A DNA stretch of 59,991 nucleotides, taken from assembly GCA_030432405.1 (NCBI GenBank), contig JAUIHG010000002.1, positions 1-59,991 on the forward strand, read 5' to 3'. Below, piece after piece: positions 1-8,107 of the stretch. The translations under genes were made by a program, and so were the position numbers. The stretch's first letter is position 1. Every line of letters starts with the position of its first letter. The stretch comes from Bacteroidia bacterium (GTDB lineage Bacteria > Bacteroidota > Bacteroidia > Chitinophagales > BACL12). The notes under the pieces are model-generated. The model had not been told where the DNA came from. It did no database searches and was given only the letters and a program-made list of their open reading frames with translations.

Positions 1-3000
1 AACGCCCAGCATGCTGATGTTGACCGCACCGCCAAAGGCCGTGGACTGGTTGCCGGTAAATGCGCTTCGCGCGAAGCGCAACGTGTTGTTTCCGCCGCCC
101 AAGTCCAACTGCAAAGCCCCGCCGTAGCCCGAGGCATTGTCGAGGAACTGGCAATCCTCGACGGCCATGTCCACCTGGGAGCCGGCCTGGTTGGCCTGGA
201 CATGGATGACGCCACCGGAACTGGCGGAACCGAGGTTTTGGAACTGGGAGTTTCGGACCAAAAGGTCCAAAACGCCGTCCGGATTGTGCGGCACGTAAAT
301 GGCCCCACCGGAACCGCCGCTGACCTGATCGGTGAAAGCGCTGGAGTCAATGCTCAAACGGCTTGATCCGCCGTAACGCAAATCCAGGTAAATGCCCAAA
401 CCGTTGTGGAGGTTGCCGTATCCGCCGTCCCAGTAGGCCCCGCTGAACTGGCAGTTGTTGAACGGCACATTGGCCGTGCCTCCATTGGCCGCGTTCAGGT
501 ACACGGCCGAACCGGACAGCGCGGTATTGGCGTGGAATACACAGCCGTCAAAATCAACACTGGCTGAGCCGCCGGTGGTCGATCCGGCCCGGGTGGTGGC
601 ATACACGGCCCCGCCCCGGCTGCCCAGCGCATAGGCGCGGTTGTGCTCAAAAGCGCAATCCACGAAGTAGATCGGTGCGTCGTTCTGCAGGACGTCCTCC
701 ACGTATACCGCGGCTCCATCCAGGGAGGCGCCGTTCCGGCGAAACACAACATCCCGAAAAATCGGCTTGCCGGCCTGCAGTCCGCTGTTGCTGTAATACA
801 CTCCGCCGCCCTGGCTGTTGCCGGCCGATCCATTGGCCATGCCTTCCTCGATCACCAGGCGGTCCAGCAGCAGGCCGGCATTGGCTCCGCTCATGCGCCA
901 GACGTGGTAGCTGTTGTCGGTGCTGTCGTCGGGGACGCCGATGTCGCCGGAAAGAACGGTGACGGCCGTGGTGGTACTGTCCCGTTGGCCCAGGCTGTTT
1001 TCGGTGCCCGCAAAGCCGCCGTACACCTTGACCTGGGCGTGGAAGGTTTGAAACGATGCCTCCCGGCTGCCGGTGGAGCTGGGCCGATACGTGCCGTCGG
1101 CCACCCAGATGCTGTCGCCCGGCAGGGCGACCCCGAGGGCCTCTGCCAACGTGGGAAAGGCATTGGTCCACGAGCTGCCGTTGTCCAGGCCCGCCGCATC
1201 GTCGTCCACGTACCAGCGGGTGCGGCGTATGGTCGGCGCCAGATCCGACGTCCACATGCCGCGGCCATAGGTGGCCACATAGAGCTTGCGGCCAAACAGC
1301 GCGCTGACGCCGATGTGCACTTCCATCACCGGCACGGTGGGCAGGCCGTCGGAGAAGTACATCCAGGTGGATTCGCCGTGCTGGAGGTAAAACACACCGA
1401 TGTCCGTACCCGCATAGACCCCGTCCAGATCGTACACGATGGAATGCACCGGCACGTTGGGCAGGTTGTAGCTGATGTTGATCCAGGATCCCGACGAGTC
1501 GATGTCCGGGTTGTACCAGACCTTGTTGCTGTCCGAGTACCCGGCCATGGTCAGCCAGACCTCATCGCTGTTGAAGGGGTTGGTCAGGATGTGCGTAACC
1601 AATTGGTTGTCGCCGGTCAGGCTGTCGATATCCACCTGCCGGCAAAAGGCGGTGCTCAGGTTGCCGGTGACCTTGGCCAACACAAAGGCCTCGCAGCTCC
1701 ACAGGTCCCGCCTGTTGCCGTCGTTGACGGCGAAATACAAGTGGTTGTTGTTGAACGGTGCCCAATGGGTCTCCACGATGCTCTGGTTGCCGCTGTAGGA
1801 CGTGCGCGGATGGATCAGCGGCATGCGGGTCCAATCGTGGTCGCCATCGGCGTTCCAATACAGGGCGTCGTAGCCGGCCACCAGTTCCATGAAATTGCCG
1901 GGACCGGTTTCATAAGGCGTATCCCAGCGGCCCAGGCCACTGCCGCTGCCGTCGAGCTGGTCGTCGGGGGTGATTTCTTCCTCCCCGGAGAACCACCCAA
2001 AAGGGCCACTTTCCGGATCGGGCAGGTCCTGCCGGTACAAGCGGCCATTTTGGGTGGACACAAAGCGGACCGGCCGGTCGTCCGGAGTCCCGCGGTACGC
2101 GCGAAAACCATCCGCGCCCTTGGCATGCTCGTAATCAAAGGGCAGGTTGTAGCTGGCCAGGGTGCCGTTGTCCTGGGTACCACCCCCCAATTCGATCAGC
2201 CCGAAGAGCGGATGCAGGAAGGCATAGGCGTGGTAAAACTGGGTGATGGCCAGGCCCTGGCCTTTCTCGGACCAGGTGATCCCGATGTTCGTACTGCTCC
2301 AAATGCCCCCGTCGGTTCCGGCTAGCAGCCAGCCGCTGAAGGGGTTGTACTCCAGGGCGTGTACATCCGCGTGGATGAATTGGGGTGCGTCTTCCTGGTC
2401 GTCGGCGGAAATGGTCCACAGGAACCCACCGGTACTGCTCTGCCACAGGTCTACCCCGCCCACAAAGACCCGGGCCGGGTTGGTCGGGTCTGCCCAGATG
2501 GCCAGATCGTAATTGCCCTGTCCGTTGGAGGTGGTGGTAGGGTCTTCCCGGGCCAGGATGTTGAAGCTGTTGTCCAGCGTCTGGACCCAGTTGTCTCCAC
2601 CATCAATGGAATACTGGAAGGAGGCCAACCCGCCATTGGAAGCCCGTGCGGCCACGAGGTAGATCAGGTCGGGCTGTGCCGGCGTGACGGCAAGCGCCAC
2701 ACGCTGAACATCGCTGACAGGCGCCAGGTTGGCCGTCTGGTTGCTGAAGCTCAGGCCCCCATCGGTGCTGCGGTAGAAGCGGGATTCGCCGGAGGCGTAC
2801 ACGGTATTGGGATCCGTGGGGTGGAACTCGATGTCGTAGACCGGATTGGAAAGCAGTGTGGTGAAGGTGGCCCAGCCGTCCGTGGTCCGGTGCAGGCCAT
2901 CGGACGCACAAGCAAACTGCACGGCCGGATTGTTGGGGTCCACCGCCAGCTTGAAGCCCGCCTGCAGTTGGGTGCGGTTCCAGACAAAGCCGGTGCTGTC

Positions 3001-3684
3001 CCAGGTTGCCCCGCGGTCGGTAGAGCGCAAAATGCCCACGCCAGGCACCTCGCCTACGCCGAAGGAAGCCAAGCCTCCGGAGAATCCACCGCCGTCGCCA
3101 TCGCCGGTGAGGATCCACAGGTTGTTGGGGTCCAGCGGGTCCACAGCGATGCCGGAGATGGCAAGTGCCGGCAAATCGTCGGTCAGGCATTCCCAGGGAT
3201 AGGGCAGGCCGGGCACCCAGGTGGCCGCGTTTTCCGTACGCCACAGGCCCCCACCGGCAGTTCCCACATACCAGGTGGTGGCGCTTTCGAATGCGATGCA
3301 ATTGACCCTCCCGATGCCTTCCTGGGCGTTGCCAAAGGACTCGGTGTTGTAGGGTCCCATGGAGGTCCAATTGCCGCCTGACGCGCCGCCCCATCCCGCC
3401 CATCGGGCGGCTGCTTCGGCATTGGCCGCCATCGGGTTGACGGGGATGCCGGAAGCGTCCAGGTGGCGCTCCGTCCAATAGCGCGCCCGCTTCCAGCGCT
3501 TGACTTCACCGCGCACCGGCAGACCGGCATAGCGGTCTTCCATTTCCTGCACGGTTTCGGCAAAAGGTTTGGCGCCCGGCTGTGCGGTCAGGCGTATTGG
3601 AGCCGCAGCAAAAGCTGCCAGCAGGGCAAAAAGTAAAACAAAGCGCGCTTCGCGCGAACGCGGAAAATCAACATGAGGCTTCAT
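1..3684 (-). CDS. Secreted BNR/Asp-box repeat plus right-handed beta-helix (Pmp-type GGA repeat) protein; 3' end runs off the window
   Basis: Absent from the ORF track because there is no stop inside the window. The track lists no complete minus ORF in the frame of the ATG at 3684, which fits one open frame running to base 1. The N-terminus MKPHVDFPRSREARFVLLFALLAAFAAAPIRLTAQ looks like a signal peptide. Hand translation shows Asp-box motifs (RSTDRGATW about 3001-3036, RSTDGGLSF about 2745-2790). At bases 1-180 it shows Pmp-like repeats (NASGYGGALQLDL ... FTGNQSTAFGGAVNI). Confidence 0.8.
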   Translation of the reverse strand, partial: MKPHVDFPRSREARFVLLFALLAAFAAAPIRLTAQPGAKPFAETVQEMEDRYAGLPVRGEVKRWKRARYWTERHLDASGIPVNPMAANAEAAARWAGWGGASGGNWTSMGPYNTESFGNAQEGIGRVNCIAFESATTWYVGTAGGGLWRTENAATWVPGLPYPWECLTDDLPALAISGIAVDPLDPNNLWILTGDGDGGGFSGGLASFGVGEVPGVGILRSTDRGATWDSTGFVWNRTQLQAGFKLAVDPNNPAVQFACASDGLHRTTDGWATFTTLLSNPVYDIEFHPTDPNTVYASGESRFYRSTDGGLSFSNQTANLAPVSDVQRVALAVTPAQPDLIYLVAARASNGGLASFQYSIDGGDNWVQTLDNSFNILAREDPTTTSNGQGNYDLAIWADPTNPARVFVGGVDLWQSSTGGFLWTISADDQEDAPQFIHADVHALEYNPFSGWLLAGTDGGIWSSTNIGITWSEKGQGLAITQFYHAYAFLHPLFGLIELGGGTQDNGTLASYNLPFDYEHAKGADGFRAYRGTPDDRPVRFVSTQNGRLYRQDLPDPESGPFGWFSGEEEITPDDQLDGSGSGLGRWDTPYETGPGNFMELVAGYDALYWNADGDHDWTRMPLIHPRTSYSGNQSIVETHWAPFNNNHLYFAVNDGNRRDLWSCEAFVLAKVTGNLSTAFCRQVDIDSLTGDNQLVTHILTNPFNSDEVWLTMAGYSDSNKVWYNPDIDSSGSWINISYNLPNVPVHSIVYDLDGVYAGTDIGVFYLQHGESTWMYFSDGLPTVPVMEVHIGVSALFGRKLYVATYGRGMWTSDLAPTIRRTRWYVDDDAAGLDNGSSWTNAFPTLAEALGVALPGDSIWVADGTYRPSSTGSREASFQTFHAQVKVYGGFAGTENSLGQRDSTTTAVTVLSGDIGVPDDSTDNSYHVWRMSGANAGLLLDRLVIEEGMANGSAGNSQGGGVYYSNSGLQAGKPIFRDVVFRRNGASLDGAAVYVEDVLQNDAPIYFVDCAFEHNRAYALGSRGGAVYATTRAGSTTGGSASVDFDGCVFHANTALSGSAVYLNAANGGTANVPFNNCQFSGAYWDGGYGNLHNGLGIYLDLRYGGSSRLSIDSSAFTDQVSGGSGGAIYVPHNPDGVLDLLVRNSQFQNLGSASSGGVIHVQANQAGSQVDMAVEDCQFLDNASGYGGALQLDLGGGNNTLRFARSAFTGNQSTAFGGAVNISMLGV
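61..80. repeat. 20-nt perfect palindrome TGCGCTTCGCGCGAAGCGCA (family A), intragenic
   Basis: Read directly. It contains the 18-mer GCGCTTCGCGCGAAGCGC at 62-79. On the minus-strand CDS it encodes LRFARSAF. Confidence 0.95.
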
Positions 3685-3736
3685 GGACGGAGGGTATGCC
3701 CATGAAAATGCCCCCTATATAACGTCCTTCAAAACG

Positions 3737-3767
3737 AAAAAAAACCCGTTGAGCACGCTTTCAAGGC
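3737..3767 (-). terminator. Possible intrinsic terminator after the cco cluster (weak bulged hairpin followed by a U8 tract on the minus strand)
   Basis: The plus strand has an A8 run at 3737-3744, which is U8 on the minus strand. It is preceded on the minus strand by CCTTGA-AAGCGTGC-TCAA(C)GG. A second hairpin, ATCCCCG-TTAT-CGGGGAT, lies at 3873-3890 just after the stop at 3901 but has no U tract. Confidence 0.3.
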
Positions 3768-3900
3768 CTGCAAAAGGCAAATGAACCGCCATCCAACACA
3801 CTGAATACCAAAGTTTTGAGCCAAGCACTTGTCGTACAACAAAAACATTGCTGGGCCGGTGGAAGGCCATCGGCAATCCCCGATAACGGGGATGCTAAAC

Positions 3901-4629
3901 CTATTCCTCCGGCTTGGAACAACAGTGTACCTGGTCGGCTTCGGTCATCACGGTCTCCGGCAAATCGGGGCTCAAATAGGGAATGCCCAGGTCCACGCCG
4001 CGCAAAATCAACAACAAACCCAGCACCAGCATCCAACCGCGCAGGATGGGTTGCAGACGGCCCCGGGCCTTGCCGCCCAACCATTGCCCACCGAGCGACA
4101 CCGCCAACATGGCGGGCAGGGTACCCAGACCGAAAAGGCCCATGAACAGCGCCCCTTGCAACGGGGTGGCCATGGCAGCGCTGGCCGCGAGGGCTACATA
4201 AACCATGCCGCAGGGCAAAAAGCCGTTGAGGAATCCGGCCATGGCCTGGCCGCTCCAACCGCCTTGACGACGCGCCTTGCGCATGCCGGGAGCCAATCCG
4301 CGCGCGGCCACGCCGCTCAACCAGGCCTGCGCACGGTCCAGCATACCGCTTCGGGCGGCCATGAACAGAATCAGCAATCCCGCACCTATGGACAGCGCCC
4401 GCTGCCATCCGGCCAGGGCCAGTCCGGCACCCAGGGCACCGAGCACCGCGCCGAGCAGCGCGTAGGCCAGAACCCGGGACAGGTGGTAGGCCAGCTTGGC
4501 CATCCAACCCGCTGCCCCGCGCTGGCCGGAGGCGCCATGCAGGCCCAGGACCAGCGGTCCGCACATGCCCAGGCAATGCAGGCTGCCGACCAGGCCGGTG
4601 CTCAACGCGGTGATGATCCAAACGGGCAT
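3901..4629 (-). CDS. DsbD_2 / TauE-SafE-like polytopic membrane protein, last gene of the cco cluster
   Basis: 242-aa hydrophobic ORF with an HCxxMCGP motif (GSLHCLGMCGPLV). There is a 6-nt gap to fixH. This is the usual position of this family at the end of Bacteroidota cco clusters. Confidence 0.85.
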   Translation of the reverse strand: MPVWIITALSTGLVGSLHCLGMCGPLVLGLHGASGQRGAAGWMAKLAYHLSRVLAYALLGAVLGALGAGLALAGWQRALSIGAGLLILFMAARSGMLDRAQAWLSGVAARGLAPGMRKARRQGGWSGQAMAGFLNGFLPCGMVYVALAASAAMATPLQGALFMGLFGLGTLPAMLAVSLGGQWLGGKARGRLQPILRGWMLVLGLLLILRGVDLGIPYLSPDLPETVMTEADQVHCCSKPEE

Positions 4630-4635
4630 GGTGCC

Positions 4636-5073
4636 TCAGGGGAGGTTGAGCGTGGTTTCATGGTAATAGGGTGTCTGGTTGCCCGTCCACTCGAGGTTGA
4701 CGCGCCAGAAGCCCTGTTGAAGGGCCGCAATGGGGACCCTTTGGATGCCCTCGGCATCCGGAGCCACCTCCACTTTGAAATCACGGCTGGCGTCGGAAGG
4801 CCGGTAGAAATGCAGGACGCCTTCCGGCGAACCCGCTTCTGCCGGAAAATCCAGCTCCAGCCAGGCATAGTCTTCCGCCACGCGGAAGGCAAAAGGCTCC
4901 TCCAGCGCTGCGGCATTGGCCTTGGCATCGATGATGTCCTGATAGGCCAGCTCACGGGCGTAATAGTCCTCGGTGACCAGGTCGTTGGTCTGCCGGTTGG
5001 CGGCCACAACCAGGGCGATCATCCCGATTACAAACAGCGAGTAGCCTACGGCAATTCTCCATCCCCAATGCAT
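4636..5073 (-). CDS. FixH/CcoH-family cbb3 oxidase assembly protein
   Basis: 145 aa with a single N-terminal TM helix (IAVGYSLFVIGMIALVVAA) followed by a soluble domain. It lies directly downstream of ccoG. The family call rests on architecture and context. Confidence 0.8.
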   Translation of the reverse strand: MHWGWRIAVGYSLFVIGMIALVVAANRQTNDLVTEDYYARELAYQDIIDAKANAAALEEPFAFRVAEDYAWLELDFPAEAGSPEGVLHFYRPSDASRDFKVEVAPDAEGIQRVPIAALQQGFWRVNLEWTGNQTPYYHETTLNLP

Positions 5074-5137
5074 GCTGCTGGTTGTTTAAGGTGTGTTTCG
5101 TTTTCGGTTTCGCCGGCAACGGCGGAACGGAAGGTGT

Positions 5138-6676
5138 TCAATAGCTGCCGATGGGTCCGAGGAAATTGCTTTTTGCCCGGTCCACGGTTTCGGCTTCGGT
5201 GTCCTGCACTTCGAACCGGATTTTGGTCATGCGGCCCTTGAGCTTGTCTTTTTCCATCAGGACAAAGAAGGCCCCCTTGGCCATCCCCTGTGCTTCCAAC
5301 TGGATGGTCTGCGGTCCGATCATCTGCAGTTCGCCCATATCGGGATCCGCCAAGCGAATATCCAGTTCCATGGGCTGCATGGTCTTGTTGACGATCTGGT
5401 AGGTGTATTGGTTGTTCAGGCGGCCATCTTCCATTTCCCGGAAGAGCATGCCGGATTGGCGCAGAATGGTAGCCTCCACGTCGTTGCGTCCCGTGGTCAG
5501 GCCGAAGACCAGAATGGTCAGCATGATGGCCAAAACGCCTGTATAGGCGAACACGCGCGGGCTGGCCTTGAAACCCTTGCCGGTGGCCAACTGCTGTTCG
5601 CTGGTCACGCGGATCAGGCCCGTGGGCCGGTCCAGCTTGGTCATCACCTCGTCGCAGGCGTCGATGCAGGCCGTGCAGTTGACGCATTCCATCTGGGTGC
5701 CGTTGCGGATGTCGATGCCCGTTGGGCAGACCTGCACACAGAGTTTGCAATCCACACAATCGCCCAGGGGCTTGGCGGCTTCGTTTTCGTTTTGCTTTTT
5801 CTTGCGGCGTCCCCGGGGTTCTCCACGCAGGTAGTCGTAGGCCACCAGCATGGATTCCTTGGTCAGCAGCACGCCTTGCAGGCGGCCGTAGGGACAAACC
5901 ACAATGCAGGCCTGTTCCCGGAAGTACGCAAATACAAAAAAGAAAATAGCGCTGAAGGCCATGGTGGTGGTGAACAGTCCGGGCCTGGCGGCAGGACCGG
6001 CCATCACCATGTCTTTCCATTCGTCCACCCCCACGATGTAGGTCAGGGCCAGGTTGCCGATCAAGAAGGAAAAGAGCGCAAAAATGCTCCACTTGATGCC
6101 CTTTTTGCGGATGCGTTCTGCATTCCAGGGACCGGCATTGAGCTTGCGCTGCCTGTTGGCGTCGCCCTCAATCCAGTATTCGATGCGCCGGAAAACCATT
6201 TCCATAAAAACGGTCTGCGGGCAGGCCCAGCCGCACCATATGCGGCCGAAAATGACGCTGAACAGGATGATAAAAACCACCATGGTCAGGAAAGCCAGCA
6301 CAAAGAGGTGGAAATCCTGCGTCCAGAACGGGATGCCAAAAAGGATGAAACGCCGTTCGATGATGTTGAAGAGAAACAGCGGGTTGCCGTTCACCTTGAT
6401 GAAGGGCGTGACAAAAAACAACACCAGCAGGATGGCCGAAACGATCTTGCGTTTGTTGTACAGCCGACCCTTCGGCATTTTGGCATAAATCCAATTCCGC
6501 TTTCCGTCCTCGGCAACCGTGCCGATGGAATCGCGGAAGCTTTCGTCCCGCTCCCATTCAAAAACGGGAATGTCTGGGGCCTCGCCTTCCGGCGAACGGC
6601 CCGTGGACTGGCCCTCGTTTCCTGTGGTCGAATCCTTGATGGAACTGCTCATGGCTTCTTGAAAATAGACCTGCAA
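5138..6676 (-). CDS. ccoG: Cytochrome c oxidase accessory protein CcoG (FixG), 4Fe-4S membrane ferredoxin
   Basis: 512 aa with two ferredoxin cysteine clusters (CVDCKLCVQVCP and CVNCTACIDAC), several TM helices and a cco context. Confidence 0.95.
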   Translation of the reverse strand: MQVYFQEAMSSSIKDSTTGNEGQSTGRSPEGEAPDIPVFEWERDESFRDSIGTVAEDGKRNWIYAKMPKGRLYNKRKIVSAILLVLFFVTPFIKVNGNPLFLFNIIERRFILFGIPFWTQDFHLFVLAFLTMVVFIILFSVIFGRIWCGWACPQTVFMEMVFRRIEYWIEGDANRQRKLNAGPWNAERIRKKGIKWSIFALFSFLIGNLALTYIVGVDEWKDMVMAGPAARPGLFTTTMAFSAIFFFVFAYFREQACIVVCPYGRLQGVLLTKESMLVAYDYLRGEPRGRRKKKQNENEAAKPLGDCVDCKLCVQVCPTGIDIRNGTQMECVNCTACIDACDEVMTKLDRPTGLIRVTSEQQLATGKGFKASPRVFAYTGVLAIMLTILVFGLTTGRNDVEATILRQSGMLFREMEDGRLNNQYTYQIVNKTMQPMELDIRLADPDMGELQMIGPQTIQLEAQGMAKGAFFVLMEKDKLKGRMTKIRFEVQDTEAETVDRAKSNFLGPIGSY

Positions 6677-6753
6677 GCTCGGCCGAACATCCTGTAAACG
6701 CAGTGACCCGCCGCACGCAAGGGCATGAGGCGGGCCACTGTTCGGGAAAAAAA

Positions 6754-7797
6754 TTACAGGCTTGCGGTCTGCCCGGGCCGGGCTTGTTCCGCTTCCGCGG
6801 TTTCGGTATCGGCGTCGGCGGGTTGGGCTTCTTCGTCCGGGGTGGCTTCGCCGTCAGGCGCTTGGCCATCTTCCGGCGCGTCATCCTCTGGGATGTACCG
6901 TTCGCCCTGGGGCGGAAGGGCATTGGGCGGGTTGGTGCCCTGCAGGCTGAGGATGTAGGAGGCCACGTCTTCGATCTGCTCCGGCTTCAATTGGTCCTTC
7001 CAGGCAATCATGCCCTTGGTGGGCACGCCGTAGCGGATGGTGGTGAACAGGTCGCCGATGGCGCCGCCGTGGATCCAGTATTCGTCGGTGAAGTTGGGAC
7101 CGGCACCGGCCAGACCCTGGCCTTCAGGACCGTGGCAGGTCTGGCAGTTGGTCAGATAAATATCCTTGCCCGAAGCCAATGAGGCGGCATCTGTTTGCAT
7201 GGATACCGTCTTGGCGTTGAGCTGTTCACCGGCGGAAGCCAGGCGTTCCAGACGGGCTTCTTCCGCCTTCTCCATGGCGATTTCGTATTCCTCGGCGCTC
7301 AATGGACCGGTGCGCAATACGTGGTAGTGGATCAGGTAGACCACCCCGAAGGCGATCGTGGCATAAAACAGGGCCGTCCACCAGGGTGGCAGGTCGTTGT
7401 CCAATTCGTGGATGCCGTCGTACTCGTGGTCCAGCGTGATTTTTTCCTCCTCCTCAATGGCCACTGTGTTGCCGCCAAAAAACTCGGCCAGCTTGCTGGG
7501 CGCTTCGGCTTCCTCGGTTTCGGGCAGAAGCTGCACCGGCTCGGGTTCCGGCTCCACATAGGTGCCGGCGAGCTTTTGCTTGGCGATGCTGAGTTCCCCG
7601 TCCAGGTGCCGCACCAGGCGGAAGAGGGCCATGAAGGCGTAGGCCACTATGCCAGCAGCCAACAAGACGATGGCCAGGGTGTATTCGTATTCCGGGAAGC
7701 CATAGGATCGGGCTTCGCCGGAGGCGGCCGCTTCCTGGGCCTGCAGGAGCGCGGCGGTGGGAAGCAGGGTCAAGGCCAGTGCAAGAAGGCGTTTCAT
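6754..7797 (-). CDS. ccoP: cbb3-type cytochrome c oxidase subunit III (CcoP), mono-haem form with an acidic low-complexity tail
   Basis: Contains the FixP N-terminal motif HEYDGIHELDNDLPPWW, a TM helix and a single CxxCH (NCQTCHG). The C-terminal tail PEDDAPEDGQAPDGEATPDEEAQPADADTETAEAEQ is acidic and low in complexity. Confidence 0.9.
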   Translation of the reverse strand: MKRLLALALTLLPTAALLQAQEAAASGEARSYGFPEYEYTLAIVLLAAGIVAYAFMALFRLVRHLDGELSIAKQKLAGTYVEPEPEPVQLLPETEEAEAPSKLAEFFGGNTVAIEEEEKITLDHEYDGIHELDNDLPPWWTALFYATIAFGVVYLIHYHVLRTGPLSAEEYEIAMEKAEEARLERLASAGEQLNAKTVSMQTDAASLASGKDIYLTNCQTCHGPEGQGLAGAGPNFTDEYWIHGGAIGDLFTTIRYGVPTKGMIAWKDQLKPEQIEDVASYILSLQGTNPPNALPPQGERYIPEDDAPEDGQAPDGEATPDEEAQPADADTETAEAEQARPGQTASL

Positions 7798-7881
7798 CCG
7801 TTGCGGTTTATCGGCGTTGGGTGTACCAGCGTTTAGGTGCGTGGGCTATGGGGAAGCCGTGGGGCGTCCCGCGTCAGGGGT

Positions 7882-8049
7882 TCAGGAAGCGGAGTCGTCC
7901 AGCGGAAGGTCTTCCAGGTGCTTGATTTCGCTGTTGCTTTTGCGCCAGGCGTCGAGCACCACCATAAGGAAGAAAACGAAGAAAACAGCCAGGGTCAACG
8001 CAGCCCGGAGGGCTTCGGCGTCCATGGTTCGAAGGATGTCCTTGTACAT
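7882..8049 (-). CDS. ccoQ: CcoQ/FixQ-like small membrane subunit (55 aa), below the ORF-track cutoff
   Basis: Hand translation gives MYKDILRTMDAEALRAALTLAVFFVFFLMVVLDAWRKSNSEIKHLEDLPLDDSAS. The ATG is at 8049-8047 and the TGA at 7884-7882. It has one TM helix and sits between ccoNO and ccoP, where ccoQ is expected. Confidence 0.6.
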   Translation of the reverse strand: MYKDILRTMDAEALRAALTLAVFFVFFLMVVLDAWRKSNSEIKHLEDLPLDDSAS

Positions 8050-8107
8050 CGTGGTGGGTATTCAGGCGGGGAAAATGAAAAAGAGGAGCGGGCCTGTCGG
8101 GCATCCA

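Noticed and set aside
643-2325. 560-aa plus-strand ORF, together with other listed ORFs in 495-3563
   Set aside because: All are out-of-frame or antisense to the long minus-strand BNR/beta-helix frame, which is open to the window edge. None shows motifs.
3829-6697. Plus-strand ORFs 3829-5241 (470 aa) and 5093-6697 (534 aa) across the DsbD_2/fixH/ccoG genes
   Set aside because: They lie antisense to motif-bearing cco accessory genes and have Gln/His/Gly/Arg-rich nonsense composition.
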